Below are positions 37,809 through 47,301 of a stretch of DNA of 64,000 nucleotides, in pieces. The stretch is from Negativicutes bacterium. Its GTDB lineage: Bacteria > Bacillota > Negativicutes > UBA1444. A model generated the notes under the pieces. That model saw nothing but the letters and a program-made list of their open reading frames with translations, did no database searches and was not told the origin of the DNA. The number at the start of each line of letters is the position of its first letter. The first letter of the stretch is position 1. Location of the stretch: positions 96,001 to 160,000 of the forward strand of contig CAXXIN010000017.1 of NCBI GenBank assembly GCA_963665275.2, in the 5' to 3' direction. The position numbers and the translations under genes are program-made.

Positions 37809-37866
37809 ATACACCGGGGGGGTATAAAGATGTATTTATCATAACCTCTTCCCACCCGCTTGTCAA
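37809..37866 (-). promoter_or_regulatory. sigmaA promoter with CsoR/RcnR-like G-tract operator
   Basis: TTGACA (37866-37861), 17 bp, TATGAT. ATACACCGGGGGGGTAT at 37809-37825 lies just downstream. Confidence 0.6.
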
Positions 37867-37984
37867 GAAACGGCGTAGTTATTATCGCCACACACCTGAC
37901 ACTCGCATGGAAATCAACCAGGTTTAATGCTACAATATTTCGAGCAGAGTTGCCTCCTGACTTCTATAACGAATGAGGTGTGTT

Positions 37985-38464
37985 ATGATCCACTACCAAC
38001 CGATCGGCATTATCCGCACGCCGTTTTCAAAACCCAAAGGAACACCGATCCAGGCGACCGCCGCACAAGGTGTCACCGGAACTATCGAAATATATTCAGA
38101 GTTTGCAGATGGCTTAAAAGATATCGAGGGGTTCTCCCATCTAATATTGATTTACCATTTGCATTTAATTAAAAAATGCGATTTATTGGTCAAGCCTTTT
38201 TTAGGCAACGATTTACACGGAATATTTGCAACGCGCTCTCCAGGCAGGCCCAATCCCATCGGATTTTCCATTGTGCGCCTTACCCATGTTGAAGGAAACG
38301 TGCTGGCGATTGCGGATGTTGATATTGTCGACGAAACGCCTTTATTGGATCTCAAGCCCTATGTTGGCGAATTCGATGTCAGACATGCACCAAAATCAGG
38401 TTGGTTTGAGGAAAATTTGCATAAACTTCCTTTCACAAAGGACGATGGAAGATTCGTGGAATAA
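37985..38464 (+). CDS. tsaA: tRNA m6t6A37 methyltransferase TrmO/TsaA-family protein
   Basis: PIG.I.TPF, GIFATRSP.RPNPIG and TPLLDLKPY. Confidence 0.88.
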   Translation: MIHYQPIGIIRTPFSKPKGTPIQATAAQGVTGTIEIYSEFADGLKDIEGFSHLILIYHLHLIKKCDLLVKPFLGNDLHGIFATRSPGRPNPIGFSIVRLTHVEGNVLAIADVDIVDETPLLDLKPYVGEFDVRHAPKSGWFEENLHKLPFTKDDGRFVE

Positions 38465-38499
38465 TCTGTTACCTCCGCCAGCAATAATGAATTAATTGG

Positions 38500-38545
38500 A
38501 AACAAGGGACGTGCTAAAGCATTAGCTTTAGCACGTCCCTTGTTT
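38500..38545. terminator. Bidirectional terminator
   Basis: AAACAAGGGACGTGCTAAAGC-atta-GCTTTAGCACGTCCCTTGTTT. Confidence 0.8.
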
Positions 38546-38616
38546 TTTCATTCAATTTGATTACGATCTCAAGGTTTTGATCAGAAACTTATCGCCAGAT
38601 GCTCGATTCATTCCTT

Positions 38617-41064
38617 TCACTTCTCTTTATTTTGAAATTTCACCTTGAAAAAATCGTTAATGCCAAGGGAAAACAGCAGGCTATAGGCAACGATGAACAG
38701 CAGAATCGGCCAACTGATCCCCGGCAAGTCGGAAAGGCCAAACGCGCCAATCATACTGGCGATAATGGTGTCGGCAGCAATGACTCCGCCTAGCGTAGCG
38801 CTGGGCCTTGACTGCCAGAAGTGTCCATCCTGCCGGACTACGAACAGTGAAAATATCGCAAAAAAGAATAGACTCAAGAAAGAAAAAGTGTTTAGCGTGC
38901 TCTCGCCAGGGCGCAACTTGAAATAGTGGATTCCGATGAACATCAACAGGGCAATTTCCAGCACCATGGCCGTCCCCAGAATGGTTCCCATTCTCGTCAT
39001 CGGAGCGATGTTGAGGGTGGTGGGGTTGGGCGATGATTGCACCCGGTCTGTCGCCAAAGCTATTTTGGCGAAGTCGGTCATGAAAATCAGCAACAACATG
39101 GCTAAGGCCGAAACGAGAAAACTGCCGGTAAGTAAGAATGAGCCGACAACAAAAGTCGCCTTGAGGATCGTCCTGGAAATTTTGTTGAGCACCCAGATTT
39201 GAATCCGACGGTGTACGGTTCTGCCGATTTTGATCAGACTGATAATCCCGGCCAGCCCTTCCGTTGTCAGGACGACGCTGGCTGCTTCCTTGGCAACATC
39301 GGAAGCATTGCTGACAGCGATCCCCACTTCCGCCTGCTTTAACGCCGGCGCATCATTTACACCGTCGCCGGTCATTCCCACCACGTGACCCGCATCTTGC
39401 AGCGCTTTTACAATCAGGAACTTATCCTCGGGATAGACTTCGGCAAATCCACCCGAATCTCGTATGAGCTGAAGAGCCTGCTTCGGTGATGTCTTGAGCA
39501 ATTCTCGGACGGCTTTGACAGACACCACCTCGCCGGGAATTCCTACCTGTCGCGCAATTTCCCTCGCAGTGCCCAGCGCATCGCCGGTGAGCATCTTAAT
39601 GCTGATCCCCAGTGAATATGCCTGCGAAATTAACTCTTTTGAATCGGGCCGCGGTGCATCATTGAGTCCTAGCAGTCCGATGAAAGAATAAATCGCATTG
39701 TCATCGACTGTAGCAACGGCGATAACTTTATTACCCGCATTGGATAGTTCTGCGGCCATCTGGCGAATTGCTTTAGCGCCTTTATCAGACAAGCCGCAAA
39801 GATCAACAACCACATCCACTGCTCCTTTCATCACCCGATAGTGTGATTCTGGTTCAGTGACTGTAGCCTCCGTGCGACGGGTTTCCGGGCTGAAGGGAAC
39901 GAAGTGGTCGACTTGGCTTGAACCTACGACAATACCGCGAGCAGTAGCCGCTTTGATGACCGCAATGTCGATCGGATCCTGATCGGCTTCTTGGGAAGCC
40001 AACAGGCCAGCTTTCAGAACGAAGTCTTCACTATAGGGAGGTTGGGGCAACACCTGGGTCACGGAGAGCTTGTTCATTGTGATTGTGCCGGTTTTATCGA
40101 CGCAAATCACATCCACCATGGCGGCATCTTCCGAAGCGCTGAGTCGGGTAACCAGCACTCCTTGACTGACGAGTTCTTTGGCGCCAAAGGTTGTTGCCAC
40201 CGTGAGCATGACCGGTAATGCTACAGGTACTGCCGATAACAAAACGACGAGAACAAGCGGCAACGTCGCTATGACGGAAAGTTGCCGATAAACCACTACC
40301 GCCAGCATAATCGACAAGAGCACTGCCACAATGACAAACAACCGCCGAACAACTTTCGTGATGATCTCTTCGATGTGGAGTTTCGGCCGGGCGGATTGCA
40401 CAAGTTGCGTGGTCTTGCCAAAAAAGGTCGCTTTCCCCGTAGTGAGCACCACACCCGTAGCTTCGCCTCGCTGTACGACTGAACTACTGTATAGATTATC
40501 CGCTTTCACCTTAACCACCACGCCAGACTCGCCTGTCAAGCTGGACTGGTCTACCCGCAACTCGCCATCCGCCAACTTTATGTCAGCCGGCACAAAGTCG
40601 CCGGCTCGCAGTCTGATAATATCCCCAGGCACCACCTGCCGGGCCGGGGTAGTGGTCCATTGTCCGTCCCGCAAAACCTTGGCGTTAATCGACAATTTAC
40701 TCTTTAGCGCGTCAACCGCCCGCTCAGCTTGTCCTTCTTCAATATAGCTCAACACCGCATTGACAATCAACAATCCGGCGACGATAGCCATATCCGAATA
40801 TTTTTGCAGATACCAGGACAAGATCACGACCAATTCCAGCATCCAGGCAGAAATGCCCCAAAACTTCCCTGCGAAGCGCAGGATGGGATTGGCTTTGGTT
40901 TCCGCTACCTCATTGTACCCCGATTGCGCAAGACGCTTTGCAACTTCACTGCCGCTCAGGCCTTGGGCGAGCGCCACGTTCAGATCCCCAATCGCTTTAT
41001 CCAGCGTGGCATCAAACAAAGTGGCTTTGACCCCACTGGACTGTGGTTCTGTCTCCATAATCAT
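38617..41064 (-). CDS. P-type ATPase, P3A (plasma-membrane H+-efflux) type
   Basis: DQSSLTGES, TM4 AVPVALP, DKTGT, DPID, VPFSP, KGA, MTGDGVNDAPALK and a TM6 Asp (MTDF). Confidence 0.9.
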   Translation of the reverse strand: MIMETEPQSSGVKATLFDATLDKAIGDLNVALAQGLSGSEVAKRLAQSGYNEVAETKANPILRFAGKFWGISAWMLELVVILSWYLQKYSDMAIVAGLLIVNAVLSYIEEGQAERAVDALKSKLSINAKVLRDGQWTTTPARQVVPGDIIRLRAGDFVPADIKLADGELRVDQSSLTGESGVVVKVKADNLYSSSVVQRGEATGVVLTTGKATFFGKTTQLVQSARPKLHIEEIITKVVRRLFVIVAVLLSIMLAVVVYRQLSVIATLPLVLVVLLSAVPVALPVMLTVATTFGAKELVSQGVLVTRLSASEDAAMVDVICVDKTGTITMNKLSVTQVLPQPPYSEDFVLKAGLLASQEADQDPIDIAVIKAATARGIVVGSSQVDHFVPFSPETRRTEATVTEPESHYRVMKGAVDVVVDLCGLSDKGAKAIRQMAAELSNAGNKVIAVATVDDNAIYSFIGLLGLNDAPRPDSKELISQAYSLGISIKMLTGDALGTAREIARQVGIPGEVVSVKAVRELLKTSPKQALQLIRDSGGFAEVYPEDKFLIVKALQDAGHVVGMTGDGVNDAPALKQAEVGIAVSNASDVAKEAASVVLTTEGLAGIISLIKIGRTVHRRIQIWVLNKISRTILKATFVVGSFLLTGSFLVSALAMLLLIFMTDFAKIALATDRVQSSPNPTTLNIAPMTRMGTILGTAMVLEIALLMFIGIHYFKLRPGESTLNTFSFLSLFFFAIFSLFVVRQDGHFWQSRPSATLGGVIAADTIIASMIGAFGLSDLPGISWPILLFIVAYSLLFSLGINDFFKVKFQNKEK

Positions 41065-41090
41065 TACCGTCCTTTAAGTTTGGAAATCAT

Positions 41091-41770
41091 TTAGTTGACC
41101 CGCTTCACATAATACAAATAACCCCACAAGATCAGCAGCGAGATCATGACGAGGCCGATCAATCTCGGCAGGTGCTGATGGAAAGCGATCACATCATGTC
41201 CTGATAAGACTTCAATTGCTACTGAAGGAATTTTTCCGATGCAGGTCGCGATAAAGAAATCTTTAAATGACACGGTACTGATTGCACCAGCGGTTGTCAG
41301 CGCCCCGGAAGGCATATAAGGAAGAGCTCGTCCCGCCAGAATAAGGCCAAACCCACTTTGGCTGCTGAACGCCTCCACTTTTTCGTTGTAGCCTCTACGC
41401 ACCAGAAATGCCCGGGCCGAGTCTTGAAAGAGCCGTCTTATCATAACAAATCCCAGCGCCGCGCCAACGCATTCGCCAGCCCAAGAGATCAGAATACCAG
41501 GCAAAAGTCCAAACAAAAAACCATTCGCCACCAGTAAAAAGATATTGGGCAAGAAGCCTAATACATTGAGCATAACCAAGAGAAAAAAGCTAATCCAGGC
41601 AGCCTTCTCACCGAAGGATTGAAGGTATGCAATAGCTCCCTGCATATCTCCTCATAACGATAGGGAAAAAACCTCGGGAAAAACTCTTGATCCATAAAAT
41701 AGATGCCAGGTCCCAATAAAATCATTGTTGCTGTTAGAGCGGTTTTTAGCCATAACTGTGAACCTCGCAT
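41091..41770 (-). pseudogene. TVP38/TMEM64 (DedA-family) membrane protein with a disrupted 5' end
   Basis: 41091-41645 has the family motifs (NG.LFG...G, GKIPS). The N-terminal TM from ATG 41770 (SD GGGAGG) is in another frame, and the main frame has a TGA three codons before ATG 41645. Confidence 0.65.
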
Positions 41771-41997
41771 ATTGCCTCCCAGCGCCATCGACATAAAACA
41801 CGTTCCCAGCAAAACATAAATCAAACACAAAATAGCCCCATCGATCAATAAAGGATCAGCTTGGGCCTAGGCAATCCAGATCCTTTCCATCTGTTATTGC
41901 TCGTACGCAAGAGTCGCCGCTTGTCCGCGGCAACCCCTTGTCTCAAAGCCTTTACAGGTAGTTCAACCTTGTAATCAAACAGAGCAATATCGTATGA

Positions 41998-42237
41998 CTA
42001 CAAAAGATTAGCCTTCATTTTCTCGAATTCTTCGTGACTTATTTCACCGCGCGCATAGCGCTGTTTCAAAATTTCAAGCGCCGTATTTTCTGTCATCCCA
42101 GCAGTTGTCTTTGAATGATTCATCAGCATACGGATCAGAAAAAAGCCACCAACGAAAAAAATCACCACAAAAATCAGCATAATAAGCCCTCCTCCGAACC
42201 AACCATCCATCATTCCATATCCACGGCCATATCCCAT
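41998..42237 (-). CDS. Small SHOCT-domain membrane protein
   Basis: GYGMM, one TM, then ALEILKQRYARGEIS.EEFE.MK. SD GGGAGG. Confidence 0.88.
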   Translation of the reverse strand: MGYGRGYGMMDGWFGGGLIMLIFVVIFFVGGFFLIRMLMNHSKTTAGMTENTALEILKQRYARGEISHEEFEKMKANLL

Positions 42238-42435
42238 GATTGTTACCTCCCTTTTACAGTTAACATCCTCGTCTTTTCCGCAGGAATAGCCTCCTGACAC
42301 TTCAAGTTTATGGCATATTGGTGTATAGATCATTAGAATGACGATATAAGTTTTGCAAGGAGAATTTAGCTTTCTTTTATTATGGTTGCACAAATTGACG
42401 ATCACATCAAAACCACTCTAGTTCCCGAAGAAGAA

Positions 42436-43203
42436 CTAAATATTGCTCAATATCATCCGTAAGCCCAAAAAAAGTAACGCCAGGCAAAGTAGTAGCGTAA
42501 TCGACCTTGCTTTCGTTTTTGGCGCAACGTAAGCGCCGATTTGCGCTCCGATAGCAGCGCCACTGCCAACGATAAGCGCCGGGCCAATCAGGATATTGCC
42601 CAAAAAATAATGAGAAACCACGCCAAAAAAAGTGGAAACAGCTAACACAAAGTGTGACGTGGCGGTGGCAACATGAGTAGAAAAACCGAGCAAAGCAATC
42701 ATGGCGGGTACATGGATAATACCGCCGCCGATACCAAAAGTGCTGGATAAAAATCCAACCATTACACTTAAAGATATTCCCAAAAATCGATTGTATTGTG
42801 CTGGGAAAACATCTGCTCGGCAAACAGTTTCGTCTTCTTCTTTCAAAAGCCAATATAGAAGACCGGCAATCGAAATCAGCAACAGGCCAAAGCTGATGTA
42901 AAATATGTGGCTGGTAAAATAGCGGGCAAGATAACTGCCGATTACAGCTCCTGGCAGTGTTGCGAGACTAAAGCGAATCGCGGCATCATAATATACTTTC
43001 TTTTGCCGCATGTATGCAATCGTTCCGGAAAAAGCATTGAAAAAAACAACTACCAGCGAGGTGCCGACAGCGAACTGGGGAGTATAGTCAAATAGCAGCA
43101 AAAAAACTGGCACCAAAATAAATCCACCGCCGACTCCTATCAATGTGCCAAAGGAACCCACTCCAAGACCAACAATAAACAATTCTATGGTTAACAGCAT
43201 CAC
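42436..43203 (-). CDS. Sulfite exporter TauE/SafE family
   Basis: G.GGG.I.VP twice, AVGTSL and ATATS. Confidence 0.9.
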   Translation of the reverse strand: MMLLTIELFIVGLGVGSFGTLIGVGGGFILVPVFLLLFDYTPQFAVGTSLVVVFFNAFSGTIAYMRQKKVYYDAAIRFSLATLPGAVIGSYLARYFTSHIFYISFGLLLISIAGLLYWLLKEEDETVCRADVFPAQYNRFLGISLSVMVGFLSSTFGIGGGIIHVPAMIALLGFSTHVATATSHFVLAVSTFFGVVSHYFLGNILIGPALIVGSGAAIGAQIGAYVAPKTKARSITLLLCLALLFLGLRMILSNI

Positions 43204-43284
43204 AAGTCCTCCTGAAAAAGCAGAACCGCCTCAACAATGAGGCAGTTCCTCTACGATAAGGTTTGATCTCCTACAAAAGCGCAT

Positions 43285-44061
43285 TTATGACGTCCGTATT
43301 TTACCCACCAAAATTTCTATTTGACTTCGCCACACGCGATAGGCATTGTCATTCAAGTGTAGACCATCATAGGTATATTCGGGTGACAACCGTCCATCAC
43401 TCCCAGTGAAACCTGTCGCCAAGTCGATATAGCGATAGCCATGCTTGTGAGCCATTGTTTTGAGTTCCTCATTCAACACGCGTATATTTTCGTTCTTCCA
43501 GAGGCCCCTTGACGGAAAAAGCTTGTCGTTAAAAGGCAGAATACTTTGAACATAAACGGGCGTACTTGGCAATTCCCTTTGAAACCGCTCCAGGATGCGT
43601 TGATAATTTGCCAGTATTTTTTCTGGCGGCTGTTCAAAACACAAATCATTGGTTCCGATCATGAGGAAAATTTGACGGGGTCGCAGTGCGATGACTTCAT
43701 CCTGCCGATTCAAAAGCCCAAGCGTCGTATCGCCGCTTATGCCTCGATTGACTACATTAATTCCCGGGAACAGTGCTGGCCAGTCAGCGCCAAAAGTGAT
43801 ACTGTCACCAAAAAAGACTATAGGCTCTTTGGTTTTGAATGAAGTAATTTTAAAGTACATCCGTCGGATTCGATAATTCATCGTGAGATAGGGCGGGTCC
43901 TCGGGTTTTCTGCCCAAATTGTTGGCCCAAACGACAACCTCTTCGCCCATAAGCTTTGCCATTGGTGAGACAGAAAAGATTGTCGGTGCGACTACGATAA
44001 GCAACAAAACAACAACGGCAATCTTAGAGAACCGCTTCACTGGCCAACCCCGCCTGTCCAT
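43285..44061 (-). CDS. GDSL/SGNH hydrolase with N-terminal anchor
   Basis: GDSIT, NRGISG, GTND and DGLH blocks. Confidence 0.9.
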   Translation of the reverse strand: MDRRGWPVKRFSKIAVVVLLLIVVAPTIFSVSPMAKLMGEEVVVWANNLGRKPEDPPYLTMNYRIRRMYFKITSFKTKEPIVFFGDSITFGADWPALFPGINVVNRGISGDTTLGLLNRQDEVIALRPRQIFLMIGTNDLCFEQPPEKILANYQRILERFQRELPSTPVYVQSILPFNDKLFPSRGLWKNENIRVLNEELKTMAHKHGYRYIDLATGFTGSDGRLSPEYTYDGLHLNDNAYRVWRSQIEILVGKIRTS

Positions 44062-44719
44062 AGATCCACCGCTGTTGCAAAAGCTGGACCATATTGCCGG
44101 CGGCCCAATATAATCCTAAACCTGCCGGAAAAGATATCGCCATGTATCCGACAAAAATCGGCATCAATAGCAACATCATTTGATTTTGCTGCGACTTATT
44201 CATCGAAGTTTGTTTTTGTTGAAAATATGTTGTCAGCGCGCACAACAGTGGAAGGATAAAATAGGGATCACTCGGCACATTAATCGACGCGCCCCGGGCG
44301 AGGTCGGGCAACCAAAGAAAGCCAGACCCGGCCATCTCTTTGTATTCTCTTATCGCATAGAAGATTGCTGTCAAGATCGGCATTTGGATAAGCAAAGTCA
44401 CAAAGTTACCCAAAGGATTGACTCCTGCAGCTTTGTAGATGCCTGCCATTTCTTTTTGCAACTTTTCCTTATTATCCTTATATTTTTCCTTAATCTCTTG
44501 CATCTGCGGCTGCAAATCCTGCATCGCTTTCATAGACCGTATCTGCTTCACCATCAACGGATACAGAAGCATTTTGATAACTACTGTAAGCATGATAATT
44601 GCAAGCCCATAGCTGGGAGCGCCCAACATCGCGGTTAGTTGATAACAAAAGGTTAAAGCCGCCGTTAATGGAGTTATGAGAAAATTTAAATTGAAATGCA
44701 ATCCAACATCAATCTCCAA
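44024..44719 (-). CDS. yidC: YidC/Oxa1 membrane protein insertase (accessory copy)
   Basis: YGLAII.LT..IK.LL.PL, LQP....K.KY, G.NP...IQMPI and PAGL.LYW. Confidence 0.88.
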   Translation of the reverse strand: MEIDVGLHFNLNFLITPLTAALTFCYQLTAMLGAPSYGLAIIMLTVVIKMLLYPLMVKQIRSMKAMQDLQPQMQEIKEKYKDNKEKLQKEMAGIYKAAGVNPLGNFVTLLIQMPILTAIFYAIREYKEMAGSGFLWLPDLARGASINVPSDPYFILPLLCALTTYFQQKQTSMNKSQQNQMMLLLMPIFVGYMAISFPAGLGLYWAAGNMVQLLQQRWIYGQAGLASEAVL

Positions 44720-44801
44720 TTCAAAATATTTGCCGGGAATCTCCTCGCCAATTCAATGAATGAACCTGCAATCCATCACACTTTGAAACGATTCAATCTG
44801 G

Positions 44802-45026
44802 CTATTTTACCTTACGACACAAAATCAGCCCTTCAAAGTTACTCATATTTCGATAATCCACAACATCATAGGAATTAATCAAGGCATGCAAATCGTCTTC
44901 AACCTCGATATCTTTCGGACACTCAAAGGCCTTTTTTATAGCGGATGCCAACTCGCCGACCACCACCACTTCCTGATTTTTTTCATGAGCCGCTTTACGC
45001 ATTTATGAAAACGAGCGAACAATCAA
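44802..45026 (-). pseudogene. Small hypothetical gene with early in-frame TAA
   Basis: Strong SD AGGAGGAAGG precedes TTG 45026, reading MIVRSFS*MRKAAHEK...; TAA at 45003-45005. Confidence 0.5.
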
Positions 45027-45154
45027 GTTAATCCTTCCTCCTATCGCATCGCCATGCACAGTTTATCCTACTAGTAATATACGCCATAATTAAATATATT
45101 TAAAATATAAATTTTTGGTATTATAATAGTTATAAACTATATTAAGAGTGAGGC

Positions 45155-46066
45155 GTGATTCAGTTGGAACTTCGTCAGCTACAATATTTCCAGTCAGTCG
45201 GTCGACTGCTTAGCATAACCAAGACGGCAGACAAGTTTAATATTGCTCAACCCTCTGTCAGCATTGCCATACAAAGTCTGGAAAAAGAAATGGGTGTCCA
45301 ACTTCTAGACCGTAGTCATCGCCGAATTGCCTTTACTGCGGAAGGTGATATTTTTTTGCAGAAAGTCGATGAAATTCTTGCGCTACTAACAGATGCCGTA
45401 CGCCAAATGACTGATTATAGGGCACTTGACCCAGGATACATTAGCCTGGGAATTACGCCGACAACCAGTGGCGTTTTATTCCCCAAAATTTTTGCTGATT
45501 TTCACACCCAATTCTCGCACATTAACCTTACCAGTGTTGAAGAAGGCTCGCTGGCAATTGTTAAGCTATTGAAGCAAGGTAAAGTGGATATCGGAATCAT
45601 TATAAATTCAGAATTCGCATCTGGATTAGAGATATTACCCTTAAAAACAGAGCAGATCGTACTTTGCCTACCACCCCGCCATCCGCTAGCTGCCAGCAAA
45701 AAAGCAACCTTTGATACTCTCAAAAGCTATCCCTTTCTTTTATTTAAAGAAGATACCTATTTGCGCCAAATAATCTTGCAAGAATGTGCTAAAAACCATA
45801 TCACTCCCAAGGTCGCTTTTTCTTCCAGCCAAATTGAAACGATTGTAAGTCTTGTACAGGAAGGAGCCGGCATCACTTTTCTGCTTGAGTCCACGGTCCG
45901 TAAATACGCAGACATTATGGGGCTTCCGTTAGCGGAACCAATATGGGTCCAGATGGGGTTAGCCTGGAATAAGGATAGATATTTATCGAAAGCGGCCAGA
46001 ACCTTTATCAACTTTGTTACAGAAAAACAATCGCCAGAATCCGAAATTGAATGCGGACCTGAATAG
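45155..46066 (+). CDS. LysR-family transcriptional regulator
   Basis: LRQLQYF..SIT..A....AQPSVS..I..LEKEMG..L.DR plus a substrate-binding domain. Confidence 0.95.
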   Translation: MIQLELRQLQYFQSVGRLLSITKTADKFNIAQPSVSIAIQSLEKEMGVQLLDRSHRRIAFTAEGDIFLQKVDEILALLTDAVRQMTDYRALDPGYISLGITPTTSGVLFPKIFADFHTQFSHINLTSVEEGSLAIVKLLKQGKVDIGIIINSEFASGLEILPLKTEQIVLCLPPRHPLAASKKATFDTLKSYPFLLFKEDTYLRQIILQECAKNHITPKVAFSSSQIETIVSLVQEGAGITFLLESTVRKYADIMGLPLAEPIWVQMGLAWNKDRYLSKAARTFINFVTEKQSPESEIECGPE

Positions 46067-46102
46067 AACAAAGACGCCCGTTTTCGGGGCGTCTTTGTTC
46101 TA
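46064..46102. terminator. Bidirectional terminator
   Basis: TAGAACAAAGACGCCC...GGGCGTCTTTGTTCTA. Confidence 0.8.
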
Positions 46103-46106
46103 TCCG

Positions 46107-46409
46107 CTATTCCAACACATTTCTCAAAACCAGCCGCTTAAAAAACAAAACAGTTTTCAGCTCGATTTCCCAAGCTGCCGGCTTCACTTCCTCAAGCGAG
46201 TGATGAAGATACAGGGTTATCTCGTCGGAAGCGGACACTTCATATTCTTGTCTATCTTTTTCCTCGGGCAATCCCAGTCGCACGGACGGGGTGGCTGTAA
46301 GCCGGGAGCCTCCTCAACCACCGGTCAGACAATAATAAACCCGGGCTGTGACAGAACCGCCCTTCGCCTGGATAAAGTTACGGGCTTGGAGCGTCATTTC
46401 CAGTTTCAT
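46107..46409 (-). CDS. Probable selenoprotein, HesB-like/'CC-Se motif' type (100 aa, UGA at codon 32)
   Basis: Absent from the ORF track. SD GGAGG and ATG 46409 give MKLEMTLQARNFIQAKGGSVTARVYYCLTGG-U-GGSRLTATPSVRLGLP...FFKRLVLRNVLE*. TGA at 46314-46316; the ORF fills the gap up to the terminator. Confidence 0.8.
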
Positions 46410-46460
46410 CAGGTTCTTTTCCTCCAATTGTGTCAGCAAACGAGCTTATTTCGCATCGCG

Positions 46461-46877
46461 CTATTTTGTGTTTTTACTCAAAACCTCGTCAAATTGCTGC
46501 GTCACTACCGCGACTACTTTCGCCACCATTGCCGCGTGCTCTGCCGTCAAATCCCTAGTTGATAAAGCCGGTCCTTCAGCCAGTTCGTCGCCAATGATAT
46601 CCGAAACAAACACCACGCTGTTAACCTTACCGCTGTACTTCTCCGTGGCCCGCTTGGCACAGGCCTTACTGCAGCCATCCACCGCGATAGTCGGATACTC
46701 CTGGGCGAACATCCGCTCTTCCTGCCCGCCGGCTATATAGAGAGGCAGGCAGATGGTCACGGTCTGATCGGGTCGCACCTCATCCAGCATTTTGCGGGTG
46801 GCCAGCCGAGAAATCGTGCCACCCAGGCAGTCTTCGCCGCTACAGGAAACCACGCCGATTTTTAATTCTTCCGCCAT
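46461..46877 (-). CDS. DGC-domain putative zinc-binding protein
   Basis: SCSG...TICL...VDGCSKAC. Confidence 0.85.
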   Translation of the reverse strand: MAEELKIGVVSCSGEDCLGGTISRLATRKMLDEVRPDQTVTICLPLYIAGGQEERMFAQEYPTIAVDGCSKACAKRATEKYSGKVNSVVFVSDIIGDELAEGPALSTRDLTAEHAAMVAKVVAVVTQQFDEVLSKNTK

Positions 46878-46881
46878 TTCT

Positions 46882-47301
46882 CTATCGTCCTTCGCTCTGA
46901 ATTTGCGCCACCTCAGCGCATAGTTTGGCCGCAATTTCATCCACGATGGCCCAGCCCTCTTCCGTCAGTTCGGTAGCGGTCCCGGGCTTGGCGCCTTTAT
47001 GCAGGCGCATGACATCCAGCACTTTGAACTTGGCCTTGATATCGCCGCCCATTTCTTCCGCGCTTTTTGCGGAGCACATGGCTGGACAGCCGTCAATGGT
47101 GATGCAGGGCTGGTCGACGATCTTCGCCGTAGCCTCGGCATCGCCGGTGACGATATAGGCCAGGCAGGTAGTATCGGCCTGTTCGGGGCAGAGATGCTGC
47201 ACTGTCTGCAGCACCGCTTCCCGGGCCATCAACCCGTACACCTTGCCCATGCCGCTGCAGGCCATGACTTTAACTTTACTTTTTGTTGGCATGATACTCA
47301 T
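46882..47301 (-). CDS. DGC-domain putative zinc-binding protein
   Basis: ACSG...TTCL...IDGCPAMC. Confidence 0.85.
   Translation of the reverse strand: MSIMPTKSKVKVMACSGMGKVYGLMAREAVLQTVQHLCPEQADTTCLAYIVTGDAEATAKIVDQPCITIDGCPAMCSAKSAEEMGGDIKAKFKVLDVMRLHKGAKPGTATELTEEGWAIVDEIAAKLCAEVAQIQSEGR

Noticed and set aside
41640-41680. In-frame TGA upstream of the TVP38 ORF as selenocysteine
   Set aside because: It is not a Cys-type redox context (SL*GD) and comes with a frameshift; it is more likely a CGA-to-TGA mutation.
42240-42400. Possible riboswitch in the long leader of the SHOCT gene
   Set aside because: No aptamer consensus was recognised by eye; an Rfam scan would be needed.
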